From a virus (lineage: Duplodnaviria; Caudoviricetes), in IMG/VR virus record IMGVR_UViG_3300020422_000001, positions 1 through 33,506 of that record: a stretch of 33,506 bases of DNA; one strand, given 5' to 3'. The position numbers and the translations under genes are program-made. Below the pieces are notes generated by a model, which ran no database searches, had not been told where the DNA came from, and saw nothing but the letters and a program-made list of their open reading frames with translations. Shown piece after piece: positions 16,710 to 25,670 of the stretch. How positions within the stretch are numbered: the first letter of the stretch is position 1; the number at the start of each line of letters is the position of its first letter.

Positions 16710-17640
16710 TGCTGAAAACATTAGTGATGCATTAGATAGCGCACATGCACAAAGTATTTATGGTGCAAGTAAATCAACAGAAGAATTTAAAAAAGGTATG
16801 TCTGACATAGGATGGCATCCTAAAATGTCACATCTAATTGAAGTTGAAGCTTATCTGAAAAGTAAATTTCCTTTAAAAGGTTTACAACTATCATACGACT
16901 CGACAGCAAAAGAAGAATTATATTTTAAAACAATAAACTACACAACTTTTGCAGGGTTCTTTATGATTCACCCTATGGCCTTTGAACAATGCATAAGGCA
17001 AATATCTGATGCGTATGCAGATACAACAAAACCTGTAGGACATATTGATTATCTTGTTAACAAAATAAATAAAGAAAAAACTTTTTCTAAATACAACTAT
17101 TTAACAACAGTGGATACACCAAGCACAGAAGCTTTAGTAATTCTTCCCGGCGGCAACAAAATAAAAAAACATTGCTGCGTTGGTAAGATACAAACTATTT
17201 TAGATAAGCATGGACGTGATAACGTTCTATTTAAAAAACATCCCATATCACATAATGATGTATATGACGAGTTAAGTGAATACCTTGGTGGGATACAATA
17301 CGCAGATAAGCACTCTGACTTATTTAACCTGATGAAAGAGTCTGATTTTATTTACTCTACTATGGTTTCTGAAAGTGCTTTAATTGCACACATATTAGGT
17401 AAAAGTGTAGGTCACATTGACCTGCTTCAAAACAGAGATACGGCATCTTTTGCTCATATAAATTATTATTTGTATAGTCATCCTAATCCATTAGAATGGG
17501 CTGACAAAACTTTTGCCTCTCCTAAATCAGGTATTATACATCCAGAGATAGATAAAAACTGGATGAAAAAAATAGATGAATATTTAGAATATATTGTAGA
17601 ACTTAGAAACTTTTATAGAGAAGCATATAGGCTAGCTTAA
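16702..17640 (+). CDS. Putative GT-B glycosyltransferase (KpsS/Capsule_synth-like), 312 aa
   Basis: VLFKKHP and IYSTMVSESALIAHILGKSV resemble the KxHP and T..S....A...GK.V motifs of CMP-sugar transferases. ATG 16702 follows AAGGA and overlaps the previous stop. Confidence 0.55.
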   Translation: MNNAENISDALDSAHAQSIYGASKSTEEFKKGMSDIGWHPKMSHLIEVEAYLKSKFPLKGLQLSYDSTAKEELYFKTINYTTFAGFFMIHPMAFEQCIRQISDAYADTTKPVGHIDYLVNKINKEKTFSKYNYLTTVDTPSTEALVILPGGNKIKKHCCVGKIQTILDKHGRDNVLFKKHPISHNDVYDELSEYLGGIQYADKHSDLFNLMKESDFIYSTMVSESALIAHILGKSVGHIDLLQNRDTASFAHINYYLYSHPNPLEWADKTFASPKSGIIHPEIDKNWMKKIDEYLEYIVELRNFYREAYRLA

Positions 17641-18027
17641 ATGTCCAATGTTACAATGGAAACAGCGTTTTCTCCAAAGTGGTGGAAAGAAGAGCTTATT
17701 AATGCTTTGAATAAAGCTATTGCTAAAAATCCTACTTTAAAAGATTCAAATACAGATGCTTATATTGAGCATATAAATTCTATATCTGATGACGTACCTG
17801 TTTGGGATATAAAATGGCCTAAGAAACCTTTCCAATTTGAGGTAGCTGAAATAGATCCCTCATTTACTGAAACAGAATTACAAAAACATAAAGAATTTCT
17901 AAATGTTCAATGGCAGTTACACGTTGCAGGTAAAGACTATAAACTATTAGAAGATCAAGAAACAAGAATAAAAGCAACCGATCCAGACGCTGTGCAAAAA
18001 TGGCGTAAGATATTTGACCCACAATAG
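17641..18027 (+). CDS. Hypothetical protein, possibly fibre-assembly-chaperone-like
   Basis: 128 aa containing WDIKWPKKP, similar to the IxWPxxP motif of tail-fibre assembly proteins. Confidence 0.55.
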   Translation: MSNVTMETAFSPKWWKEELINALNKAIAKNPTLKDSNTDAYIEHINSISDDVPVWDIKWPKKPFQFEVAEIDPSFTETELQKHKEFLNVQWQLHVAGKDYKLLEDQETRIKATDPDAVQKWRKIFDPQ

Positions 18028-18036
18028 AGATAATTA

Positions 18037-18699
18037 ATGTTAGGTTTTTCCACATTCTCTGAAACACCCTTTGCACAGGCAGTAACGTCATCTTCAGCCC
18101 TTGCTTATATTACAGGTGGTTCTTCAGTTACTGGTTCTGTAGGTACATTTAGCTTTATAGCTAAAGCTTCAGTAACACTACCTGCTGCCACAGCAACTAT
18201 GACTGCTGATCCTGCAACAGGACCACAAGGTATTGGCAACACTACACTTGCTGCAGCTACTGCTACTGGTGCTGTAAATCTTCCTGCAGCAAATGCACAG
18301 GCAAAAGGTAATATTACCGTATCGGGTACAAGCGGTACATCAGCAATAAGTGCAACCACTGCAAACGGTCAAGCATCCCCAACACCTACAGGAGTTAGTG
18401 GTACATTTGCTTCAGGCATAAGCTTCGATGCAGAAGCTAACATTACACTAAACTCAGCATCAGCAAGATTAGATTTAACAGTAAATAGTTTTGATGATGA
18501 GGATGCTCAAGGAAGCATAATACTTACAGGTGTATCTGCAACCGCAACTGCTGCTGTTAACAGCGATTCAAACTTAAATGGTGGTATATATTCAAATAAT
18601 GTAGTTTATCTAAACACAGATTTTAATAGAGAAAGATGTGTAAATATTGTACCCTATACAAACTACACTGTATATGTTAACAAAGTAAGTAACTATTAA
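18037..18699 (+). CDS. Ala/Thr/Gly-rich virion structural protein
   Basis: MLGFSTFSETPFA N-terminus and a small-residue repetitive body. Confidence 0.7.
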   Translation: MLGFSTFSETPFAQAVTSSSALAYITGGSSVTGSVGTFSFIAKASVTLPAATATMTADPATGPQGIGNTTLAAATATGAVNLPAANAQAKGNITVSGTSGTSAISATTANGQASPTPTGVSGTFASGISFDAEANITLNSASARLDLTVNSFDDEDAQGSIILTGVSATATAAVNSDSNLNGGIYSNNVVYLNTDFNRERCVNIVPYTNYTVYVNKVSNY

Positions 18700-18708
18700 G
18701 GAAGTAAT

Positions 18709-19026
18709 ATGGCGTACAAATGGCCTAACCATGATCCAGATGAAGTGGTAGATTACAGCGTAGATTGGTCACGTTTTTTAGGTGACGATACTATCGCATC
18801 CGTTGTTTGGAAAGTTAACGGAGAAACAATGACAGACTCTTCTGTTTTTTCTGGTGATGCATCTAACGGATTAACTTTAGTACAACCCACAAATACAACT
18901 ACTGTTGCTACTGTTAGATTTACAGCAGGTGTAGTTGGTACAAAGTATAACGTAACTTGTCAAATAACTACTGCAGCAAGTTTAACTTATCAGAGAACAA
19001 TCTTCTTAACAGTAAGGCAGAAGTAG
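18709..19026 (+). CDS. Small Ig-like virion protein
   Basis: WPNHDPDEVVDYSVDWSRFL...Y.VTCQITT motif in a beta-rich 105-aa protein. Confidence 0.7.
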   Translation: MAYKWPNHDPDEVVDYSVDWSRFLGDDTIASVVWKVNGETMTDSSVFSGDASNGLTLVQPTNTTTVATVRFTAGVVGTKYNVTCQITTAASLTYQRTIFLTVRQK

Positions 19027-19027
19027 A

Positions 19028-19717
19028 ATGGCGTATAATTATCTTGGCTTAGTAAACGACTGTAACAAAAGACTAAATGAAGTAGCATTAACAACTACTG
19101 ATTTTGCTATTACAACAGGTTACTATAGTTTTGTTAAAGACGCAGTAAATACTGCAGTAAGACACATCAATCAAGAAGAGTTTGAATGGCCTTGGAACCA
19201 TGTGGAGGAAACTCTTACGCTAACTGCAGGTACAAGTCGTTACCCTTTTCCAGAAGATGCAAAAACAATAGACATGGAAACGTTTAGAATAAAAAGAAGT
19301 GCAACACTAGAAAATGGAACTGAACACCTAAAAAAGTTAAGCTATGAAGAATACCTAGAGAAATATGTAGACCAAGAATATGACACAGATACAAGTAACA
19401 GAGGTGTACCAAGATGTATAGTACGCACACCTAGTCGTGAGTTAATACTAGTACCAGAACCAGATAAGGCATATGAACTAGTTTATGAATATTATAGGCT
19501 TGGATACGAAATGGAATTACATGATGATGTTCCTGTATTACCAGAGGCATATAGACACATCATTGTAGCAGGTGCTATGAGCTTAGTATATCAATTTAGA
19601 TCTGACACACAAATGGCTCAAATGGCAAAGCAAGATTTTGAAAACGGTATAAAATATTTAAGAACTATACATATAAATCGTACTGATGCAATAAGAGATA
19701 GAAGAGTAGCTTACTAA
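19028..19717 (+). CDS. Head-tail adaptor (tail tubular protein A-like)
   Basis: 229 aa with YLGLVN..LNE, EWPWN, P.PDKAY and P.LPEAYRHIIV motifs, positioned before the nozzle gene. Confidence 0.75.
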   Translation: MAYNYLGLVNDCNKRLNEVALTTTDFAITTGYYSFVKDAVNTAVRHINQEEFEWPWNHVEETLTLTAGTSRYPFPEDAKTIDMETFRIKRSATLENGTEHLKKLSYEEYLEKYVDQEYDTDTSNRGVPRCIVRTPSRELILVPEPDKAYELVYEYYRLGYEMELHDDVPVLPEAYRHIIVAGAMSLVYQFRSDTQMAQMAKQDFENGIKYLRTIHINRTDAIRDRRVAY

Positions 19718-21594
19718 TGGCAACACAATGGCAAACTTTTAATGTTGAGTTTAAGGGTGGTTTAATCTCAAACATGAGCTTGCTTCAGCAAGGTACTAAT
19801 GCTATAGGTTCTGCTTTTCAGTTAAATAACTTCGAGGTTAACAAAGAAGGTGGCTATAGTAAAATATTAGGATACTCAAAGTTTAGTTCGACAACAGTTC
19901 CAGGCGAGTCCGAAATACTTGGTCTAAAAGTTATTTCATCTACACGTATAATTGCTGCACGTAAAATAAACAGCACTGCAGTAGGCAGTGTTTTTCTAGA
20001 TCAATCACATACAACTGTAGCAACAACTAGCTCTAACTTAACTGCTACATTTGATAGTAGTGCAGGTACTCTTACAAACTCAGGAACACAAGCTGCTTTT
20101 GCTATAAGCGGAACAGCTTATGCTGTTGGTAGTAAAATAAAAGTAAACGCACAAACAACCACTGCACAAAATGGTATATACCAAGTTACAACAGCAGGTG
20201 ATGGGTCTACCAACTGGGTACTAACAAGACTAACTACTTTTGCTTTTACAAATTCTGACGTGGGTAAGACTGCTTACTACGTTGGTACAGGAACTACTTG
20301 GACACCTATGGTTGCTTCTAACGGAAGCACAGTTGTAGCTGTAAGTAACAATACAAATGGTCTTAAAGTAAAACACGCTGAGTTTAACTTTGATGGAGAT
20401 GACAAGGTAGTATTTGTAGATGGCAAAAGTTACCCTGCTATATACAATCAGAATGGTAACTACACTTCTTTCCTATCATCATCTAGCACTAATATAAATA
20501 CAGATGTAGAAGGCGCAGACAACGTAGTTATATTTAAACGTGCAGCTTTTTACTCAAAAGGTAACACAGTATTCTTTACAGCACCTTTTACAGTAGATAA
20601 TTTTTCTGTAGCAGACGGTGCAGGTAGTATAAGTTTAGCTCACGACATTACAGGTATGGCAGTCTTTCGTGAGCAGCTAGTTATTTTTACAAGCGACACC
20701 ATAAGTAGACTGGTAGGTAATACATCAGCAGATTTTCAACTTCAATCTGTAACAGAAAAAATAGGATGTATTGATAAAGATACTGTACAGGAAGTTGGTG
20801 GTGACATTATGTATTTGTCTCCTGATGGTATTAGACAGCTAGGTGCTACTGATCGCATAGGTGACTTTGCCTTGGATGTTGCATCTGATAAAATAAAAGA
20901 AACCTTTTTAGATTTTGTTGGTGGTGAGTCTCAGTTTTGTTCTCATATACTTAGAGGAAAATCTCAGTACAGAATATTTGCTTACCTCGGTACTAGGAGA
21001 GAAGCTTCATCTGAAGGTCTAATAGCTACAAAGGTTACGACTCAAGGCTCTGCAGGAATTGAGTGGTCAACTTGTAAAGGCATAAAAGCTTTTGTTGCAG
21101 ACAGTGTATATGAAGGCGCAGTAGAAACTTTAGCATTTGCCAACAACGATGGGTATGTATATAAAGGTGAAAGTGGTAGTACATTTGATGGTTCTAATAT
21201 AAATGCAGTGTTCCAATCAGCTTTCATGCCTATAAACGATCCAGGAATAAGAAAAACTTTTTATAAAGCTGTTTGGTTTATTGACCCTTTTGGTACTATA
21301 GACTTAGACTTTAACTTAAAGTTTGACTTTGAATCAAACACAAGAAACAGTATTATACAACCAGACACAATAAACATCTTAACTAGTGCAGGTTCTGTAG
21401 CTTTCTTTAACCAAGGCTTTCAATTTGGTTCAGCTTTTGGTCACAAGTTTGGTTCACTTTTAAATAAAATTTATCCAGTAAATCTTATAGGTTCAGGAAA
21501 GACTGTTTCTTTACGGATTCAAGACAACACAACAAACCCAAGCTTTACATTAGATACTGCTATGTTAGAATACAAAACAAACGACAGACAATAA
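19717..21594 (+). CDS. Tail nozzle / stabilisation protein (tail tubular B, P22 gp10-like)
   Basis: 625-aa beta-propeller-like protein with FKGGL, ITGMAVFREQLVIF and IGCI..DTVQEVGGDIMYLSPDGIR motifs. Confidence 0.8.
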   Translation: MATQWQTFNVEFKGGLISNMSLLQQGTNAIGSAFQLNNFEVNKEGGYSKILGYSKFSSTTVPGESEILGLKVISSTRIIAARKINSTAVGSVFLDQSHTTVATTSSNLTATFDSSAGTLTNSGTQAAFAISGTAYAVGSKIKVNAQTTTAQNGIYQVTTAGDGSTNWVLTRLTTFAFTNSDVGKTAYYVGTGTTWTPMVASNGSTVVAVSNNTNGLKVKHAEFNFDGDDKVVFVDGKSYPAIYNQNGNYTSFLSSSSTNINTDVEGADNVVIFKRAAFYSKGNTVFFTAPFTVDNFSVADGAGSISLAHDITGMAVFREQLVIFTSDTISRLVGNTSADFQLQSVTEKIGCIDKDTVQEVGGDIMYLSPDGIRQLGATDRIGDFALDVASDKIKETFLDFVGGESQFCSHILRGKSQYRIFAYLGTRREASSEGLIATKVTTQGSAGIEWSTCKGIKAFVADSVYEGAVETLAFANNDGYVYKGESGSTFDGSNINAVFQSAFMPINDPGIRKTFYKAVWFIDPFGTIDLDFNLKFDFESNTRNSIIQPDTINILTSAGSVAFFNQGFQFGSAFGHKFGSLLNKIYPVNLIGSGKTVSLRIQDNTTNPSFTLDTAMLEYKTNDRQ

Positions 21595-21605
21595 GGAAAT
21601 AAACT

Positions 21606-23627
21606 ATGCCAACAGGATATGTTAGACAGGATACTACAGGGCAGTTAGCTGACGGCAACCCTATTGATGCCGATTTGTTTAACGATGAATACAATGCCAT
21701 TGTAAACGCCTTTAATGCCTCAACAGGACACAACCATGATGGTACTACAGGCGGTGGTGCGCCAGTAACTAAGATAGGTGGCTCAAATGAGTTAGAAGTA
21801 GAGTCCAGTGCTATATTCCCAAAAGTAGATAATTTAATTGACTTAGGTAAAACTACAAGACAATGGAGAGATCTTCACCTTGGACGTAACGCAACGATTG
21901 GAGGCAACCTAACTGTAACAGGTAATGCAACAATCAATGGTAATCTTACATTCGGTGATGCAGCTACTGACACAGTTTCTTTCGGTGCAGACATTGATAG
22001 TAACATCATTCCTGATGACGATAACACATATGATTTAGGAAGTTCAGGACAGCAATGGAAAGATATTTATATCAATGGTGTAGCGTACTTAGATGAAGTT
22101 GATATTGATGCAGGTGCTATTGATGGCACACCGATTGGTGCAAACTCTGCAAGCACAGGCGCATTTACAACTCTTGCAGCTTCAGGTGCTACCACACTAA
22201 GTGACGCATTAACTGTTACAGGTGCTACTGCTCTAAACGGTGGCCTAACTATGGACACCAACAAATTTACTGTAGCTGATACTACTGGTAACACAGCCAT
22301 AGCAGGTACGCTTGCTGTAACTGGTGCAACTACCATGACAGGTGCGCTTACCGCTAATGGTGGTGTGACAGGAGCTTTAACTGGTAATGTTACAGGTAAC
22401 CTAACAGGTAACGTTACATCTAGTGGCACTAGTGAATTAACTACTGTAAACGTGTCTGGTGTGCTTACAGCAAACGGTAACACTGTATTAGGTAACGCTG
22501 CTACAGACACAGTTACAGTCAACGCAGACATAGCTTCTAACTTAATACCTAGTGCAGATAGCACATACTCTATAGGTGATTCATCTAATTATTGGTCACA
22601 TGGATACATTGATGCGATAACAACAACAGGAAACGTCACTGTTGGTGGCAATGCTGTAGTTACAGGTAACCTAACTGTTCAAGGTACAACAACTACTGTT
22701 AACTCTACTACTGTAGATGTCGCAGATCTTAACATAACAGTCGCAAGTGGTGCAGGTAGTTCTTCTGCTGCTAACACTGGTGGTCTTACTGTAGGTGGAG
22801 CCAACGCAACATTTACCTATACAAGCTCTGATGATAGATGGAACATGAACAAAGAGCTAAACGTAGCAAGAGTTCATGGCGCAGTAACAGGTGATATAAC
22901 TGGCAACGTTACAGGAAACGTGACAGGCAATGTTACAGGCAACGTAACTGGTACTGTGTCTTCTATTGCTAACCACGACACAGATAGTTTATCAGAGGGT
23001 TCTTCTAATCTCTACCACACCACAGCAAGAGCAAGAGGTTCTGTGTCTGCAGGTACAGGCTTGTCATACAACTCTTCAACTGGTGTGATGACAAATGATA
23101 TAGCTGCTGCTAACAACTCTACCATAACAATAACTGCAGGAGATGCGCTTACAGGTGGTGGAAACTTTACTACTAATGCAAGTAGTAACTCAACAATTAC
23201 TATTGATCACGAAGATACTTCATCACAAGCTTCTGTAAACAATAGTGGTACAAACTTTATACAAGACATTACCTTAGATTCGTATGGACACGTTACAGGA
23301 ATTACATCTGCTGATGCAGGATCAGGCGGTGGTGGCGCACCTAGTAGTGTAGGCGGTAAAACAGAAGATGTAACAAACGGAATAGCAACACAAATATCTT
23401 CTGTGTCAGTAGCTAATGGTTCTACACTAGTTGCGTGGTCAAACTTAGCAGGTGCTATTAGTGTCCAAGTTAGTGGATCAGCAGTGGCTACAGGAAGTGC
23501 AGGAAATGGGATAGTAAAATACACCAACTCTACTGGTAGTTCTGTGTCTGCTACTATTTTAGCATACTACAACGCATCTGTAGGACAGGGTACTGGATCA
23601 TTTCAAATTAGATATATGATATTCTGA
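21606..23627 (+). CDS. Tail fibre protein
   Basis: GYVRQ..ADG..IDA..FN.E...AF...GHNHDG attachment domain, GNVT repeats, P..D..Y..G....W motifs and a ITLDSYGHVTG motif. Confidence 0.85.
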   Translation: MPTGYVRQDTTGQLADGNPIDADLFNDEYNAIVNAFNASTGHNHDGTTGGGAPVTKIGGSNELEVESSAIFPKVDNLIDLGKTTRQWRDLHLGRNATIGGNLTVTGNATINGNLTFGDAATDTVSFGADIDSNIIPDDDNTYDLGSSGQQWKDIYINGVAYLDEVDIDAGAIDGTPIGANSASTGAFTTLAASGATTLSDALTVTGATALNGGLTMDTNKFTVADTTGNTAIAGTLAVTGATTMTGALTANGGVTGALTGNVTGNLTGNVTSSGTSELTTVNVSGVLTANGNTVLGNAATDTVTVNADIASNLIPSADSTYSIGDSSNYWSHGYIDAITTTGNVTVGGNAVVTGNLTVQGTTTTVNSTTVDVADLNITVASGAGSSSAANTGGLTVGGANATFTYTSSDDRWNMNKELNVARVHGAVTGDITGNVTGNVTGNVTGNVTGTVSSIANHDTDSLSEGSSNLYHTTARARGSVSAGTGLSYNSSTGVMTNDIAAANNSTITITAGDALTGGGNFTTNASSNSTITIDHEDTSSQASVNNSGTNFIQDITLDSYGHVTGITSADAGSGGGGAPSSVGGKTEDVTNGIATQISSVSVANGSTLVAWSNLAGAISVQVSGSAVATGSAGNGIVKYTNSTGSSVSATILAYYNASVGQGTGSFQIRYMIF

Positions 23628-23866
23628 TGACTCCTGATGAACTAGAAGATATGCTAAATCGTGCAGCCAAGCGTGGTGCTGAAGCAGCATTACGTGAAGT
23701 AGGATTACATGATGATGACGCTCGTAAAGATATACTTGAGATGCGTAACTTACTAGAAATGTGGCGTGATACACGAAGAGGTGTATGGTCAACCATTGTA
23801 AAAATGTCAACAGTAGCAGTAATAACATTCATTGCCGCATCATTGTGGATGCAAATAGGGAAATAA
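23627..23866 (+). CDS. DUF6127-like membrane protein (possible lysis protein)
   Basis: LNRAAKRGAEAALREVGLHDDDARKDI.EMR.LL..WRD followed by a C-terminal transmembrane segment. Confidence 0.7.
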   Translation: MTPDELEDMLNRAAKRGAEAALREVGLHDDDARKDILEMRNLLEMWRDTRRGVWSTIVKMSTVAVITFIAASLWMQIGK

Positions 23867-23869
23867 AAT

Positions 23870-25654
23870 ATGGCTAAGAAATTTGTAGGGTTTAAGCCTG
23901 AAGTAATGCAAAAGAAAATACTCCCATCGTTGGGCTACAAAGGTGCAATGGATCAAAAGTCTATAAACCAGTTTCTTGCAGCTAGTCCTTCTGCAGCAGC
24001 TATGATGGGTCAACTTACTTTAGCAGCTAAAAGATTAGTAGAAAAACCTGTAAAAGCTAATACTGGTATACTTACAGGCAGTCAGTCTACAGGACAGATT
24101 CAAGCTGATCCCACTAAAATGGTAAGCATTGCACAACCTGTTGCAAATCAAGGTGGACCTGCTACACAAGTATCTACACAGGCAGGTCAAGCAGGTCCAG
24201 CACCAGTAGCACAAACAACACAAGCACAACCTGCTGCTGCTGCACAACCTGCACCTACAACACCTGCAGCACAAACCACAACAGGAAGCACACAAACAGC
24301 AGTTAGGGTAGCAGGAACACAAAATCAAGCAGCACAAGGCACTGTTGATCCCAACGCACAAATGCAAGCTGCACAAGCTGATCCTCAACAAGCATCACAA
24401 CTAGGGTTACAAGCTGCACAGCTAGGACAGGCACAACAGGTACAAGCCCCTACCCCTATGCAGATGACAGCAGATCAAACAATTAGTGGCTCTACTGTTG
24501 ATCAGGCACAAGTAGATGCTACTCTAGCAAAAGAACAGGCTGCATCTGTAAAGACTGAACTTGATGATTTGATGCAAGACTTTCAAGGTGGTCAGACACC
24601 ATCATGGGCAGCAGGTGCTATGCGTAATGCACAGGCACAAATGCAAGCACGTGGACTAGGTGCATCATCAATGGCAGGTATGGCTGTTGTACAAGCAGCT
24701 ATGGAAGCAGCATTACCTATCGCTCAAATGGATGCGTCAAACAAACAACAAATGGCTATAGAAAAAGCTAGACAACGTGCATCTTTCTTAGGTCAAGAGT
24801 TTGATCAAAACTTTCAAACTAAAGTAAAGAACGCAGCACGTGTATCAGAGATAGCCAACATCAACTTTAGTGCAGAACAACAGGTGGCACTAGAGAATGC
24901 TAAGATGGCTCAGACTGTAGACCTAGCTAACCTATCAAACACTCAAGCTAAAGTTATGGCTGATGCTGCTACTATGTCACAGATGGATATGGCTAACCTA
25001 AACAACAGACAGCAAGCAGCTAAACAAAATGCTGACGCATTCCTAGCAATGGACATGCAGAACCTATCCAACGAGCAACAAACAACTATGTTCAAAGCAC
25101 AGGCACAGGTAGCTTCTATCATGTCTGATCAAGCTGCAGACAATGCAGCCAAGCAATTTAATGCTACATCACAGAACCAAACAGATCAATTCTTTGCATC
25201 TATGGCTACACAGGTTTCACAGTTTAACACAGAGCAAACCAACGCTATGCAACGTTTCAATGCAGGTGAAGCAAATGCTATTGGTAGATTTAACGCTGCA
25301 CAAGAGAATGCACGTGACCAGTTTAACGCACAGAACCATCTTGTAGTTGCACAAGCAAATGCTAAGTGGGCGCAAAGCATAACTACTGCAGAGAATGCTG
25401 CTGCTAACCAAGCTAACAGAGATGCAGCTATTGCGGCTAACAACCTAACAAGAGCAGCGTATGATGCTGTACTACAAAGAGAAAGAGATATAATGGGTTG
25501 GGCATGGAAGTCCTCTGAAAACGCAAAACAAAGGGATAACAACATTGCTACTGCTAAAATCAGTGCTACTGATGGTGGCTCTAATGCTTTCGAAAAAGGA
25601 CTTGGAAGCTTCGTTGGTAAGCTTACAGAAAAAGCCTTGGACTCTATCTTCTAA
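23870..25654 (+). CDS. Gln/Ala-rich internal virion (ejection) protein
   Basis: 594-aa helical Q/A/N-rich protein with periodic QFN motifs, resembling DNA-pilot/ejection proteins. Confidence 0.7.
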   Translation: MAKKFVGFKPEVMQKKILPSLGYKGAMDQKSINQFLAASPSAAAMMGQLTLAAKRLVEKPVKANTGILTGSQSTGQIQADPTKMVSIAQPVANQGGPATQVSTQAGQAGPAPVAQTTQAQPAAAAQPAPTTPAAQTTTGSTQTAVRVAGTQNQAAQGTVDPNAQMQAAQADPQQASQLGLQAAQLGQAQQVQAPTPMQMTADQTISGSTVDQAQVDATLAKEQAASVKTELDDLMQDFQGGQTPSWAAGAMRNAQAQMQARGLGASSMAGMAVVQAAMEAALPIAQMDASNKQQMAIEKARQRASFLGQEFDQNFQTKVKNAARVSEIANINFSAEQQVALENAKMAQTVDLANLSNTQAKVMADAATMSQMDMANLNNRQQAAKQNADAFLAMDMQNLSNEQQTTMFKAQAQVASIMSDQAADNAAKQFNATSQNQTDQFFASMATQVSQFNTEQTNAMQRFNAGEANAIGRFNAAQENARDQFNAQNHLVVAQANAKWAQSITTAENAAANQANRDAAIAANNLTRAAYDAVLQRERDIMGWAWKSSENAKQRDNNIATAKISATDGGSNAFEKGLGSFVGKLTEKALDSIF

Positions 25655-25670
25655 AAATACAGGTGAACTA

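Noticed and set aside
22878-22955. GNVT tetrapeptide repeats as a novel element
   Set aside because: This is an ordinary fibre shaft motif in marine phages.
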